A DNA stretch of 64,000 nt from an uncultured Collinsella sp. (GTDB taxonomy: Bacteria > Actinomycetota > Coriobacteriia > Coriobacteriales > Coriobacteriaceae). Position numbers and translations under genes: made by a program. Under the pieces are notes generated by a model. That model was given only the letters and a program-made list of their open reading frames with translations. It had not been told where the DNA came from and searched no databases. The stretch is from the NCBI GenBank assembly GCA_937995345.1, contig CALKKS010000006.1:22003-86002 (forward strand), in the 5' to 3' direction. Below, piece after piece: positions 38,169-50,032 of the stretch (positions within the stretch are counted from its first letter, which is position 1; each line of letters opens with the position of its first letter).

Positions 38169-39374
38169 TTACGACAGCGCAATACCGCCGAGCCAGCCCC
38201 AGCGCACGCCAGAGCCAGTGCCGTAGAACCGAATAAACGCATCAAGTGACTTAGACGTAATGGCGCCCTCGTTGCTCATAACGATGCCGCCACCAACATA
38301 GATGCCCACGTGTCCGTACAGCAGGCCCGGCGTACCGGTACCACTGTGCGACGAGTCGGCCACGATCATGCCCACCTGCAGCGCCGAACGATCGGAGCTG
38401 TAGCACCAGGCGTTAAACATGTCGCACGCGTTGCCGCCAAAGTAGCCCACGCCGGCGTTGCGGAACACATTGGTAACCCAAGCGGCGCACCAGTTCAGGC
38501 CAGGCGAAGGCGTGGAGTAGCATGCGTTGACGACGGCCTGCTGCTTGCCCGAGCCGGCATTCTGTTGCGGAGTTCCGGGCGCATACGATCCGCCACCCGA
38601 GCTTGAACCACCCGAGTAGGAATTGTTCTTGTTTGCGGCAGCCGCGGCAGCGGCAGCCTTCCTGGCAGCCTCCTCTGCCTGGGCGGCAGCGAGAATCTCG
38701 GAATCACGCTGTGCCATGAGCTCCTTGACATCATCAGATAGGCCATTCAGCACGGTCTGAACCTCTTGCTGCTTGGCCTGCATGTCCTGCATCTGGGCCG
38801 TCTGCTGGTCCTTGAGCTTCTCCAGGTCGGCCTTCTGCGACTCGAGCTCGGACTTTTGCGTGTCGAGCTCCTTTTGGATGGTCTGAATGTCCTCGATGGC
38901 GTCGCGGTCGCTCTTGTTGATCTTCTCGACGTAATGCGCGTTGGCGACGAGCTCCTCAAACGAGCCCGAAGCCAGTAGCAGCGACAGGATATTGGTACCG
39001 CCCGACTTGTAGCTTGCCGCCACGCGATCGGAAAGGTCGTTACGCTTCTTCTTGAGCTCCGACTTCTTGGTGTCGATCTGAGCCTGCGTCTCGTCAATCT
39101 GGCCCTGAACGCCCTCGATATCGCTGAGGGTCTGGGCATTCTTGTTGGCGAGCGTCGCGTACTCATTGGCGATGCTGTCGAGCTGAGCCTGGACCTCGTC
39201 GAGCTGGGCCTGGGCGGCATTCAGTTTGTCGGTGGTTTCTTGGCTGGCCTCAGCCGCATGGGCACGGGCGGGCAGGCCAAAAAGAATAGCCGCGGAAGCG
39301 GCGCCGAAAAGAGCCTTAAGGGCAGTGCGGCGCGAAAGCTCCTGCGTAAAGATGGAATCGTTGTTCGGTGACAT
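38169..39374 (-). CDS. secreted coiled-coil cell-wall hydrolase (PcsB/CwlO-like) with a C-terminal Cys-peptidase-like domain
   Basis: N-terminal signal (RRTALKALFGAASAA...AHA), about 200 aa of heptad-like coiled coil, a Gly/Ser linker, then NWCAAWV...GHVGIYVG, which resembles NlpC/P60 or CHAP. Confidence 0.65.
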   Translation of the reverse strand: MSPNNDSIFTQELSRRTALKALFGAASAAILFGLPARAHAAEASQETTDKLNAAQAQLDEVQAQLDSIANEYATLANKNAQTLSDIEGVQGQIDETQAQIDTKKSELKKKRNDLSDRVAASYKSGGTNILSLLLASGSFEELVANAHYVEKINKSDRDAIEDIQTIQKELDTQKSELESQKADLEKLKDQQTAQMQDMQAKQQEVQTVLNGLSDDVKELMAQRDSEILAAAQAEEAARKAAAAAAAANKNNSYSGGSSSGGGSYAPGTPQQNAGSGKQQAVVNACYSTPSPGLNWCAAWVTNVFRNAGVGYFGGNACDMFNAWCYSSDRSALQVGMIVADSSHSGTGTPGLLYGHVGIYVGGGIVMSNEGAITSKSLDAFIRFYGTGSGVRWGWLGGIALS

Positions 39375-39642
39375 ATGTACTCCGTTACATGCTTATTTAT
39401 ATGTCGCTCAACTCAAACATATTAACGCACATCGCGCTTGTCCCAACTATTTCCACGAACGGCTGGAAAAGCATGGTCAGCGGCTCGCGAACACGTCCCA
39501 CACCAGAGGTAAGGATCATGCAAATAACACCCTATGAGTACGTTAACATCAATCCTCTGGTTTTCCTGCCCCGCGTGTTTTGGGCACCCCCAGCTGCGCT
39601 ATACTCCCCTCAAGAAGTGTTCCTGATTCGATAGGAGACTAC

Positions 39643-40704
39643 ATGTCCAAAGCACTCGACCCCAAAGACACCTGCGTCCTCGTTACCGGCGGCGCCGGCT
39701 TTATCGGCTCGCACACCGTCGTTCAGCTGCTCGAGGGCGGCTACCAGGTCGTCGTCGTCGATGACCTCTCCAACTCCAGCGCCGTTGCCATCGACCGCGT
39801 CAAGACCATCGTGGGCGACGAGGCCGCTAAGAACCTCACCTTCTACGAGGCCAACGTGCTCGACCGCGATGCGATGAACAAGATCTTCGATACCCACCAG
39901 ATCGACCGCGTCATCCACTTCGCCGGCTTTAAGGCCGTCGGCGAGTCGGTGAGCAAGCCCGTCGAGTACTATCACAACAACATCGAGAACACCCTGGTGC
40001 TCATCGATATCATGCGCAGCCACGGCTGCAAGTCCATCATCTTCTCGAGCTCCTCGACCGTCTACGGCGATCCGGACAATCCGCCTGTCACCGAAGAGGA
40101 CCCCAAGAAGCCCGCGACCAACCCCTATGGTTGGACCAAGTGGATGATTGAGCAGATCCTCATGGACGTCCATGCCGCCGACCCCGAGTGGGACGTCGTG
40201 CTGCTCCGTTACTTCAATCCCATCGGCGCCCATCCGTCGGGCCTGATTGGCGAGGACCCCAAGGGTATCCCCAACAACCTGGTGCCTTACGTCGCCCAGG
40301 TCGCCGTCGGTAAGCTCGAGGCTGTTCAGGTCTTTGGCAACGATTACCCCACCCCCGACGGCACCGGCGTGCGCGACTACATCCACGTGTGCGACCTGGC
40401 ATCTGGTCACGTGGCCGCCCTCAACTGGATGAACGGCAAGACCGGCGTCGAGATCTTTAACCTGGGCACCGGCACCGGCACCTCGGTACTCGAGGTCGTC
40501 GCTGCTTTCTCCAAGGCCTGCGGCAAGGAGCTGCCCTATGTGATCCGCGAGCGCCGCGCCGGCGACATCGCCGCCAACTGGTGCGATGCCTCCAAGGCCG
40601 AGCGCATGATGGGCTGGAAGGCCCAGTACGATATCGCGGACATGTGCCGCGACAGCTGGAATTGGCAGAGCCACAACCCCAACGGCTTCGCCGACGCCGA
40701 GTAG
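39643..40704 (+). CDS. galE: UDP-glucose 4-epimerase
   Basis: Contains VTGGAGFIGSH...SSS.TVYG...Y..TK. The ATG at 39643 follows AGGAG. Confidence 0.92.
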   Translation: MSKALDPKDTCVLVTGGAGFIGSHTVVQLLEGGYQVVVVDDLSNSSAVAIDRVKTIVGDEAAKNLTFYEANVLDRDAMNKIFDTHQIDRVIHFAGFKAVGESVSKPVEYYHNNIENTLVLIDIMRSHGCKSIIFSSSSTVYGDPDNPPVTEEDPKKPATNPYGWTKWMIEQILMDVHAADPEWDVVLLRYFNPIGAHPSGLIGEDPKGIPNNLVPYVAQVAVGKLEAVQVFGNDYPTPDGTGVRDYIHVCDLASGHVAALNWMNGKTGVEIFNLGTGTGTSVLEVVAAFSKACGKELPYVIRERRAGDIAANWCDASKAERMMGWKAQYDIADMCRDSWNWQSHNPNGFADAE

Positions 40705-40726
40705 CAAAAACCTACATACCGTTCTT

Positions 40727-40760
40727 GCCCCGATCTCACGATGTGAGACCGGGGCTTTTT
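40727..40760 (+). terminator. rho-independent terminator of galE
   Basis: The gccccgatctcac/gtgagaccggggc stem is followed by TTTTT. Confidence 0.8.
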
Positions 40761-40922
40761 CATGACGCGTAACCATTCACCGAAATACTTCCAACTTTTT
40801 TATCTTGCCTGTACATGTTTAAACAACATGTTTTACAATAGGCGTATCGAATCAGAACATCGGAGGCGGACTGCATACCCATCGGCAGGCCGACCCCACA
40901 ACAAGAAGGTTGGAGCGCATTC

Positions 40923-42428
40923 ATGGAGCGTGCAAGCGGTGTCCTCATGCCCGTCTCATCTCTGCCCGGCCCTTATGGAATCGGCGGCTTTGGTTGGAAT
41001 GCCTACGACTTCGTCGATTTTCTCGCCTCGTGTAAACAACACTACTGGCAGATTCTGCCCCTTACGACGACCAGCTATGGCGACTCGCCCTACCAGTCGT
41101 TCTCGGCCCGTGCGGGAAATCCCAACTTCATCGACTTTGCCGAGCTTATCGAGACAGGATATCTGGAGCAGTGTGACATCGATGGCGTGTACTTGGGCTC
41201 CGATCCCAGCAATGTCGACTACGGCGCCATCTTTGGCGGCCGCCGTCAGATTCTCGACCGCGCCGCCGAGCGCTTTGCTGCCGACAAACCAGCCGATTTT
41301 AACGACTTTGTCCAGGCCAACGAGGACTGGCTCGTCCCCTACTGCGAGTTCATGACCGTCAAGGAGGAGTGCGGGCTCAAGGCCTTTTGGGAGTGGCCCA
41401 CGGAGCTGCGCCGCCGCGGCGAGGCTTCCGCCAAGGTCTGTGCCGCCCATCCGGCGCGCATGCTCTACCACCAGATGACGCAGTATTTCTTTGACCGCCA
41501 GTGGAGCCGCCTCAAGGCCTATGCCAACGAGCGCGACATCCTGATCATCGGCGACCTGCCCATCTACGTCTCGCGCGACTCCGTCGAGATGTGGGCCACG
41601 CCCGAGCTCTTTAAGATCGACGCCGCCGGCAACCCCGTCAGCGTCGCCGGCACGCCGCCCGACCAGTTCTCGGCTACCGGCCAGTACTGGGGCAACCCCA
41701 TCTACGACTGGGACGCCATGGAGGCCGACGGCTTCTCCTGGTGGGAGGGCCGCATTCGCGCCGCTCTCGACATGTACGACGTCATCCGCCTGGACCACTT
41801 CCGCGGTTTCGAGGCCTATTGGGAGGTGCCATTCTCCTCGCCCGATTCGTCCTACGGTTCGTGGACGCAGGGTCCTGGCCTCAAGCTCTTCAAGACGCTC
41901 GAGGAAAAGCTCGGCACGCTACCCATCATCGCCGAGGACCTGGGCTTCCTCACCCCCGGCGTCATCGACATGCGCGATAACTCGGGCTTCCCCGGCATGA
42001 AGATCCTGCAGTTTGCCTTTGAGGGCACCAACTCGTACTACCTGCCGCATAACTACATCGCCAACACCGTCGCCTATGTGGGCACGCACGACAACGAGAC
42101 GGCGCGCGGTTGGTTTGAGGGAACGGCGACCCCGCGCCAGCGCGAGCAGGCGGCCCTGTACACCCATCAGCAGGCCGGCGAGCCCATGGCCGATGCACTC
42201 AACCGCACCATCGCCGCCAGCGTGAGCGATACCTGCATCTACACCATGCAGGACCTGCTCAACCTGGGCAACGAGGCGCGTATCAATACCCCCGCCACCC
42301 TGGGCGGCAACTGGACGTGGCGCATGCTCGATGGCGCCATCACCCGCGAGCTCGAGCACAAGCTCACCGACTGGACCGAGACCTACTTCCGCATCCCGTC
42401 CGAAGCCGAAGTCGAGCTTCCCCAATAG
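40923..42428 (+). CDS. malQ: 4-alpha-glucanotransferase (amylomaltase)
   Basis: Contains GVLMPVSSLPGPYGIGGFG...SPYQS.S..AGN...DHFRGF; canonical GH77. Confidence 0.93.
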   Translation: MERASGVLMPVSSLPGPYGIGGFGWNAYDFVDFLASCKQHYWQILPLTTTSYGDSPYQSFSARAGNPNFIDFAELIETGYLEQCDIDGVYLGSDPSNVDYGAIFGGRRQILDRAAERFAADKPADFNDFVQANEDWLVPYCEFMTVKEECGLKAFWEWPTELRRRGEASAKVCAAHPARMLYHQMTQYFFDRQWSRLKAYANERDILIIGDLPIYVSRDSVEMWATPELFKIDAAGNPVSVAGTPPDQFSATGQYWGNPIYDWDAMEADGFSWWEGRIRAALDMYDVIRLDHFRGFEAYWEVPFSSPDSSYGSWTQGPGLKLFKTLEEKLGTLPIIAEDLGFLTPGVIDMRDNSGFPGMKILQFAFEGTNSYYLPHNYIANTVAYVGTHDNETARGWFEGTATPRQREQAALYTHQQAGEPMADALNRTIAASVSDTCIYTMQDLLNLGNEARINTPATLGGNWTWRMLDGAITRELEHKLTDWTETYFRIPSEAEVELPQ

Positions 42429-42557
42429 GAGCTATCGCGCCCGACCCCACCCCATCGTGCGGACGCGTTCGCCTTTCCCGCGCGAGGCCACCCCAATCCC
42501 CTCGCGCGGGCTTCTTTTGTATTTCTGACATGTAGTCAACCCACCACAGGAGGAAAC

Positions 42558-44825
<2,268 letters not shown>

Positions 44826-44852
44826 CCCATTCCCCTTACCCATCCTCTTGAA

Positions 44853-44884
44853 AGCGGAGTCGTGGCAACACGGCTCCGCTTTTT
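44853..44884 (+). terminator. rho-independent terminator of glgP
   Basis: The agcggag/ctccgct stem is followed by TTTT. Confidence 0.7.
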
Positions 44885-44923
44885 GTGCCCGCGTGTTGCC
44901 CGTGGCCCACCTCGAGCAAATCG

Positions 44924-45220
44924 TCTCAATCTGTAACACCTACTCGGCCAAAACGGTCCTACCTGTTACAGATCAAGACAAACCGGTCCTTTCCCTAGGA
45001 TTTATCTCAATCTGTAACACCTAACGTCCGAAATCCGCCCTTACTGTTACAGATCGAGACAAATAGATAAGCTGGCTAAAAACAATCTCAATCTGTAACA
45101 GGTAGCTGCCAAAAACAGTCCTTCGTGTTACAGATCGAGATGAAAGGACAGGCAACTCGACGCCGTCTCGATCTGTAACATCTAGGCCCAATTTGGCCCT
45201 CTATCTGTTACAGATCAAGA
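44924..45220. repeat. phased array of eight alternating-orientation 15-bp repeats (four hairpin units of about 81 bp)
   Basis: Copies in one orientation (TCTYRATCTGTAACA) start at 44924, 45005, 45086 and 45166. Copies in the other orientation start at 44964, 45045, 45126 and 45206. The 10-bp core ATCTGTAACA is perfect in all eight. Loops are 25 nt and linkers 25-26 nt. Confidence 0.9.
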
Positions 45221-45251
45221 CAAACTAACAGATGGACAACCCCAACACAAA

Positions 45252-45290
45252 GAAAGGCCCCCCTCTCGCCCAGTGGACGGGAGGGGAGCC
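45252..45290 (-). terminator. terminator of the sugar ABC operon
   Basis: On the minus strand the stem ccctcccg...cgagaggg is followed by a cctttctttgtg T-rich run. Confidence 0.55.
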
Positions 45291-45360
45291 TCATATGTGA
45301 CCGCGGTAAAAGGATGGCAATACCGCAGTCGCCCAAAGGAAGGGCCTGGTTGCACCGGGC

Positions 45361-46560
45361 CTAGATAAGGTTCTTGCCAGAGACCTTATCGAAGAGATGG
45401 GTCGCGTTCTTCTCGAACTTGAACCAGATGGGGTCGCCCGCCTTGAGCGCGCCCTTGGCCTCGAGGTCGACGACGGGGATGATCAGGACGAATTGGCCGT
45501 CGGGAGCGGTCACGTGGACGTGCTCGGTGGAGCCCATGAGCTCGGTCACCTCGACGGTGCCCTGGAGCGCGCCCTCCTCGCCCTTGTCGGCAAGCAGGAT
45601 CTGCTCGGGACGAACGCCGGCCGTGATCTCCTTCACGTCGCCGCCGTCCCAGTTGAGGGCAAGTTGAGCGCAGGTCTCGGGGGCGAGCGCCACGTTCATA
45701 TCCTCGGTCTTGACGGTGAAGCCGTCACCCGAGCGCACCAGCTGGGCATCGAAGAAGTTCATCTGCGGCACGCCGATAAAGCCGGCAACGAAGATGTTCG
45801 CGGGATGGTTGAAGACCTCCTGCGGCGTGGCGATCTGCTGGACAACACCGTCCTTCATGACCACGATACGGTCACCGAGGGTCATAGCCTCGGTCTGATC
45901 GTGGGTAACGTAGATGAAAGTACCCTTGATCTCGTGGCGCAGCTTAATGAGCTCGGCACGCATCTGGTTACGAAGCTTGGCGTCCAGGTTGGACAGCGGC
46001 TCGTCCATCAGGAAGACCTTGGGGTCACGCACGATGGCGCGGCCGATGGCGACACGCTGACGCTGGCCGCCCGAAAGCGCCTTGGGCTTACGGTCGAGGT
46101 ACTCGGTGATACCCAAGATCTCGGCGGCGGAGCGAACCTTGCGGTCGATCTCGTCCTTGGGAACCTTCTTGAGCTCAAGCGTAAACGCCATGTTCTCGTA
46201 CACCGTCATATTGGGGTACAGAGCATAGCTCTGGAAAACCATGGCGATGTCGCGGTCCTTGGGTGCCACGTCGTTGACGCGCTTGCCGTCGATGAGCACG
46301 TCGCCCGAGGTGATGTCCTCTAGGCCGGCGACCATGCGCATCGTCGTGGACTTACCGCAGCCAGACGGGCCAACGAGAACGATGAACTCCTGGTCATGCA
46401 CGGTGAGGTTAAAGTCCTCCACCGCGAGCACGCCGTCCTCGGTAACCTTGAGGTTGTGCTTCTTCTCCTCGGTCTTCTTCTTTTTGCCAAAGAAGCCCTT
46501 CTTTTTGGACTCGTTGTTGGGATACACCTTCTGAACATGTTTGAGAACGATCTCGGCCAT
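45361..46560 (-). CDS. sugar ABC transporter ATP-binding protein (MsmK/UgpC/MalK type) with a Lys-rich N-terminal insertion
   Basis: Contains GPSGCGKST, LSGGQRQR and a C-terminal TOBE-like region. There is an unusual KKKGFFGKKKKTEEKKH insert before Walker A. Confidence 0.9.
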   Translation of the reverse strand: MAEIVLKHVQKVYPNNESKKKGFFGKKKKTEEKKHNLKVTEDGVLAVEDFNLTVHDQEFIVLVGPSGCGKSTTMRMVAGLEDITSGDVLIDGKRVNDVAPKDRDIAMVFQSYALYPNMTVYENMAFTLELKKVPKDEIDRKVRSAAEILGITEYLDRKPKALSGGQRQRVAIGRAIVRDPKVFLMDEPLSNLDAKLRNQMRAELIKLRHEIKGTFIYVTHDQTEAMTLGDRIVVMKDGVVQQIATPQEVFNHPANIFVAGFIGVPQMNFFDAQLVRSGDGFTVKTEDMNVALAPETCAQLALNWDGGDVKEITAGVRPEQILLADKGEEGALQGTVEVTELMGSTEHVHVTAPDGQFVLIIPVVDLEAKGALKAGDPIWFKFEKNATHLFDKVSGKNLI

Positions 46561-46628
46561 GTCTTTACCTTTCGATATGCGGCGCCACGCTGAAGGGCGC
46601 CGCAGAAACTTGCAAAATAGTTACGGCA

Positions 46629-47468
46629 TCAGCCCTTGACGGCACCTGCCACCACGCCGTCGATGATGTACTTCTGGCAGAAGATGTACATGATGACGAT
46701 GGGGACAACGACCATCATGATGCAGGCCATCATGGGGCCGAGCTCGACGTGGCCATAGCCGCCACGGAAGTACTGGATCAAGATAGGGATGGTCTTGTAC
46801 TTGGTGGAGTCGAGGGTGAGGTAGGGCAGCAGATAGTCGTTCCAGACCCACATGGTCTCGAGGATGCCAACCGAAAGATAGGTGGGCTTCATGATGGGAA
46901 GGACAATCTTAAAGAACACCTGGACCGGGTTGCAGCCGTCGATCATGGCCGCCTCCTCAATCTCGAGCGGGATGTTCTTTACAAAGCCGGCGAACATAAA
47001 GACCGCCAGACCCGCGCCAAAGCCCAGATAGATAAAGCAGATGTTGAACGGCGTGTTAAAGCCGATGCGGTCCGCCAAATTGGACAGCGTGAACATCAGC
47101 ATCTGGAACGGCACGACCATCGAGAACACGAACAGGTAATAGAAGAAGTTCGAGATCTTGTTATTGACGCGCACCACGTACCAGGCGCACATGGAGCAGC
47201 ACACCAGAATCAGCACGACCGACGTGACCGTGATGATGAGCGAATACATAAACGCCGAGGCAAAGCCCTGCTCGTTTAAGGCGTGCACATAGTTTGCAAA
47301 GCCGTTGAACGTCTCGGGCGTGAGTAGATCAAACGCCGTGGTGGTGCTGATTGCGGTCCCCTTCTTAAAGGAATTGAGCGCAATCATGAACACGGGGTAG
47401 ATCCACGCGAGCGACAGAATCGTAAAGAAAATCGAGAGCGCGCGGTTGATAGCCTTATCGCGTTTCAT
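46629..47468 (-). CDS. carbohydrate ABC transporter permease (MalG-like)
   Basis: 279 aa with 6 TM segments and an EAA-like loop (IEEAAMIDGC). Confidence 0.88.
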   Translation of the reverse strand: MKRDKAINRALSIFFTILSLAWIYPVFMIALNSFKKGTAISTTTAFDLLTPETFNGFANYVHALNEQGFASAFMYSLIITVTSVVLILVCCSMCAWYVVRVNNKISNFFYYLFVFSMVVPFQMLMFTLSNLADRIGFNTPFNICFIYLGFGAGLAVFMFAGFVKNIPLEIEEAAMIDGCNPVQVFFKIVLPIMKPTYLSVGILETMWVWNDYLLPYLTLDSTKYKTIPILIQYFRGGYGHVELGPMMACIMMVVVPIVIMYIFCQKYIIDGVVAGAVKG

Positions 47469-48322
47469 TACTGCTGCACCTCCTTGGACCTCGTGGCCTT
47501 AAGCTGAATCATAGAGATAGCGACGACCAGGATGCAGAAGATAACTGCCTTGGCCTGACCGATGCCCTGCCATGCGATGCCGGCACGCGAATAGAACGTG
47601 TTGTAGATGTTCAGGGCGAGCATCTCGGTGGAGTGCGCGGGGGCGCCGCCGGTAAGGGCGAGGTTCTGGTCGAACAGCTTAAAGCCGTTGGTGATGGACA
47701 GGAACAGGCAGATGGTGATGGTCGGCATCAGGTTAGGGATCTTAACCTTCCAAAACGTCTGCCATGCCGTAGCACCGTCGACCTTGGCGGCCTCGATGTA
47801 GTCGGACGGAATGGACTGCAGACCAGCGATGTAGATGATCATCATGTAGCCGACCTGCTGCCACAGGGTCAGGATGATAAGGCCCCAGAAGCCAGCAGCA
47901 GAGTTAAGGGCAATGAGCTGGGCGCCCACGTTGGAGAGCAGGCAGTTGATCAGAATCTGCCAAATGTAGCCCAGCACGATGCCGCCGATCAGGTTAGGCA
48001 TAAAGAAGATCGTACGGAAGATGTTGGTGCCCTTGAGCGCCTTGCGGGTGAGCGCCTGCGCGATGGCCAGCGCGATCACGTTGATAAGCACCGTCGACAG
48101 GAAGGCAAACGCCACGGTAAAGAAGAAGGACGTGGAGAACTGCGGGTCGGTCAGTGCGCGCACGTAGTTCTCGATACCGACAAAGTGCGCGTTGTTGATG
48201 GTAATAAACTGGCAGAACGAGAGGTAGAAGCCCTGGATAAAGGGGATCACGAACCCGATCGTAAACGCCAGGCACGTGGGCAGCATAAAGAGTGGCCACC
48301 AGCGCTTGAGTGCTTTGCCCAT
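47468..48322 (-). CDS. carbohydrate ABC transporter permease (MalF-like)
   Basis: 284 aa with the loop YIEAAKVDGA. The stop overlaps the downstream ATG (TAATG). Confidence 0.88.
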   Translation of the reverse strand: MGKALKRWWPLFMLPTCLAFTIGFVIPFIQGFYLSFCQFITINNAHFVGIENYVRALTDPQFSTSFFFTVAFAFLSTVLINVIALAIAQALTRKALKGTNIFRTIFFMPNLIGGIVLGYIWQILINCLLSNVGAQLIALNSAAGFWGLIILTLWQQVGYMMIIYIAGLQSIPSDYIEAAKVDGATAWQTFWKVKIPNLMPTITICLFLSITNGFKLFDQNLALTGGAPAHSTEMLALNIYNTFYSRAGIAWQGIGQAKAVIFCILVVAISMIQLKATRSKEVQQ

Positions 48323-48342
48323 AGAAGGGTCCTTTCAATATG

Positions 48343-48378
48343 CAGGGGGCGGGCAAACCCACGTCTGCCCGCCCCCTG
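48343..48378 (-). other. intra-operon hairpin between the binding-protein and permease genes
   Basis: 13-bp perfect stem (cagggggcgggca / tgcccgccccctg) with a 10-nt loop. This position is typical of mRNA stabiliser or partial-terminator hairpins. Confidence 0.6.
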
Positions 48379-48409
48379 TCGCTAATCAGATAGCTTGGGC
48401 AGCAACTAC

Positions 48410-49726
48410 TTACTCGGAAGCAGCCTTCTCGGTCTTCCAGCCGTCGACGAAGGCGTTCTTGACGTCGTCCCACTTGCTGTTATCTGCAGCATAGGCAGTC
48501 AGAGCCTGCTTGAGGTTCTTCTTCCACTCCTCAGAGGGGATGTAGACGAAGTCCCAAGCGACGGTCTTCTTGCCGTCCTTGGCCATGGCAACGGCCTGCT
48601 GAGAGAAGACGTTGTTGGTGTCCTTGGCGCTCTTGAACGGAGCGGTCAGGCCCATCTTGTCGGCGATGATGCTGGTCGGGGTGTCAGCGGTGACGCACCA
48701 GTACATGAAGTCCTCGGTGGCCTTCTGGGCATCCTCGGAAGCCTGGGAGCTCACGCACCAGTAGTTCTCGCCGCCGGAGCACAGGCCCTGGTTCTCCTCG
48801 CCGTCGACGCCGATGTAGATCGGCAGCATGCCGAGCTGATCGTCGGTCATACCGGCCTTGGTGAGGTCGGAGTAGGCCCAAGAGCCGTTCTGGTAGAAGA
48901 CGGCCTTACCGGTTGCGAACTCGTTGGTGGCGTCGTCACCGGTCTTGGAGGCGAGCTGCGAAGGATCGCAGGTGGAATCGGTGATGTACAGGTCGAAAAT
49001 CTGCTTAAAGTTGTCGAGATACTCGCCCTTGATCTCGTCGTCCTCCTGGTTGTGCTCCTTCTCGAACTCGTAGTAGAGCGGGAGGTTGGCGAGATGGGTG
49101 GTGTAGCGCCAGCTGGAAGAGTCATCCATACCGGCGGAAGTGAAGGCACCGTCAACGCCGAGCTCGTCCTTGCGGGCCTGGATGTCATCGGCGCAAGCCT
49201 TCAGCTTGTCGAAGGAGTTGATGTCCTCGGCCTTGTAGCCGGCCTTCTCGAGGAGCTCCTTGTTGTAGATGATGCCGTAGCTCTCCTGAACCCAGTCGAT
49301 ACCCAGATCCTTGCCGTCGGACTGCAGTGCCAGGGAGTCATCGATGAGCTCACCGCGGAGCTTGGTGTCGGACAGGTCGGCGCAGTAGTCCTTCCAGTTC
49401 TTAAGGCCGGTGGGGCCGTTGACCTGGAACAGCGTCGGAGCGGAGCTCTTGGACATCTCGGACTTGAGCTTCTCCTCGTAGGTGTTGGAGGCGGCGGTCA
49501 CAATCTTGACCTCGACGCCCTTCTCCTCCTTGTACGCCTTGGCGATCTCCTTCCACTCCTTGTCGACCTCGGGCTTGAACTGGAGGAAGTAGACCTCGGC
49601 AGCGTCACCAGAAGCAGCAGAGCCAGAGCCGGCGGAGCCACCGCAGCCCACGAGGCCCAGACCAAAGACTGCGGCCGCGGAGCCGGCGAAGCCCAGGAAC
49701 TGCCTTCTGCTCATTTCGTTCTTCAT
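48410..49726 (-). CDS. extracellular sugar-binding lipoprotein (ABC family 1)
   Basis: MKNEMSRRQFLGFAGSAAAVFGLGLVGCGG has a signal peptide and lipobox. The ATG at 49726 follows AAAGGGTGGA. Confidence 0.88.
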   Translation of the reverse strand: MKNEMSRRQFLGFAGSAAAVFGLGLVGCGGSAGSGSAASGDAAEVYFLQFKPEVDKEWKEIAKAYKEEKGVEVKIVTAASNTYEEKLKSEMSKSSAPTLFQVNGPTGLKNWKDYCADLSDTKLRGELIDDSLALQSDGKDLGIDWVQESYGIIYNKELLEKAGYKAEDINSFDKLKACADDIQARKDELGVDGAFTSAGMDDSSSWRYTTHLANLPLYYEFEKEHNQEDDEIKGEYLDNFKQIFDLYITDSTCDPSQLASKTGDDATNEFATGKAVFYQNGSWAYSDLTKAGMTDDQLGMLPIYIGVDGEENQGLCSGGENYWCVSSQASEDAQKATEDFMYWCVTADTPTSIIADKMGLTAPFKSAKDTNNVFSQQAVAMAKDGKKTVAWDFVYIPSEEWKKNLKQALTAYAADNSKWDDVKNAFVDGWKTEKAASE

Positions 49727-49941
49727 TACAATCCACCCTTTCACACCGTGGCGGCACCCTTTGCCGCCGCCTTCGGAGATTGGCTTGGGGACTTGGCCCC
49801 TTTTGCTGATTTGTACAATACGCTATCTGGCTAGTTGTTTGAACAAGTATTACTAGAGCGGTAGAAAACCTTCGGTGAACGGTAATTTCAACTTGATACT
49901 TGACAAGTTTTGTATAAACAATTATTTGTTATCAAATGCAG

Positions 49942-49990
49942 AAAAAACGCCCGGTCAAGCCGATGATGTATCGGCTTGACCGGGCGTTTT
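49942..49990 (-). terminator. bidirectional rho-independent terminator downstream of the GntR gene
   Basis: 17-bp stem (cgcccggtcaagccgat / atcggcttgaccgggcg) flanked by an A-run and a T-run. Confidence 0.8.
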
Positions 49991-50032
49991 CACTTTGGGG
50001 GCATAAGCCTCGTCAGGCTGCGAGCTAACCGG

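Noticed and set aside
38051-38249. Small ORFs running through family A elements (38051-38236, 38055-38249, 61321-61512 and part of 61991-63580) that share peptide fragments such as REFRT.RRPLNVA and RTVEQESSY.
   Set aside because: The similarity reflects the conserved nucleotide core. The frames have no consistent start, stop or length between copies and no RBS, and the substitutions follow base-pairing rather than codon logic.
39375-39642. c-di-AMP (ydaO-type) riboswitch upstream of the cell-wall hydrolase gene, as is common in Actinomycetota.
   Set aside because: Reading the minus-strand leader, I could not find the conserved ACGGGG/CCGA-type motifs or the pseudo-symmetric helices. A covariance-model scan would be needed to be sure.
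44924-45220. Possible CRISPR array (regularly spaced repeats with unique spacers).
   Set aside because: The repeats are only 10-15 bp and alternate in orientation, so each pair forms a hairpin. The spacers are 25-26 nt, and no cas genes or leader are present. I report it as a BIME-like or iteron-like array instead.
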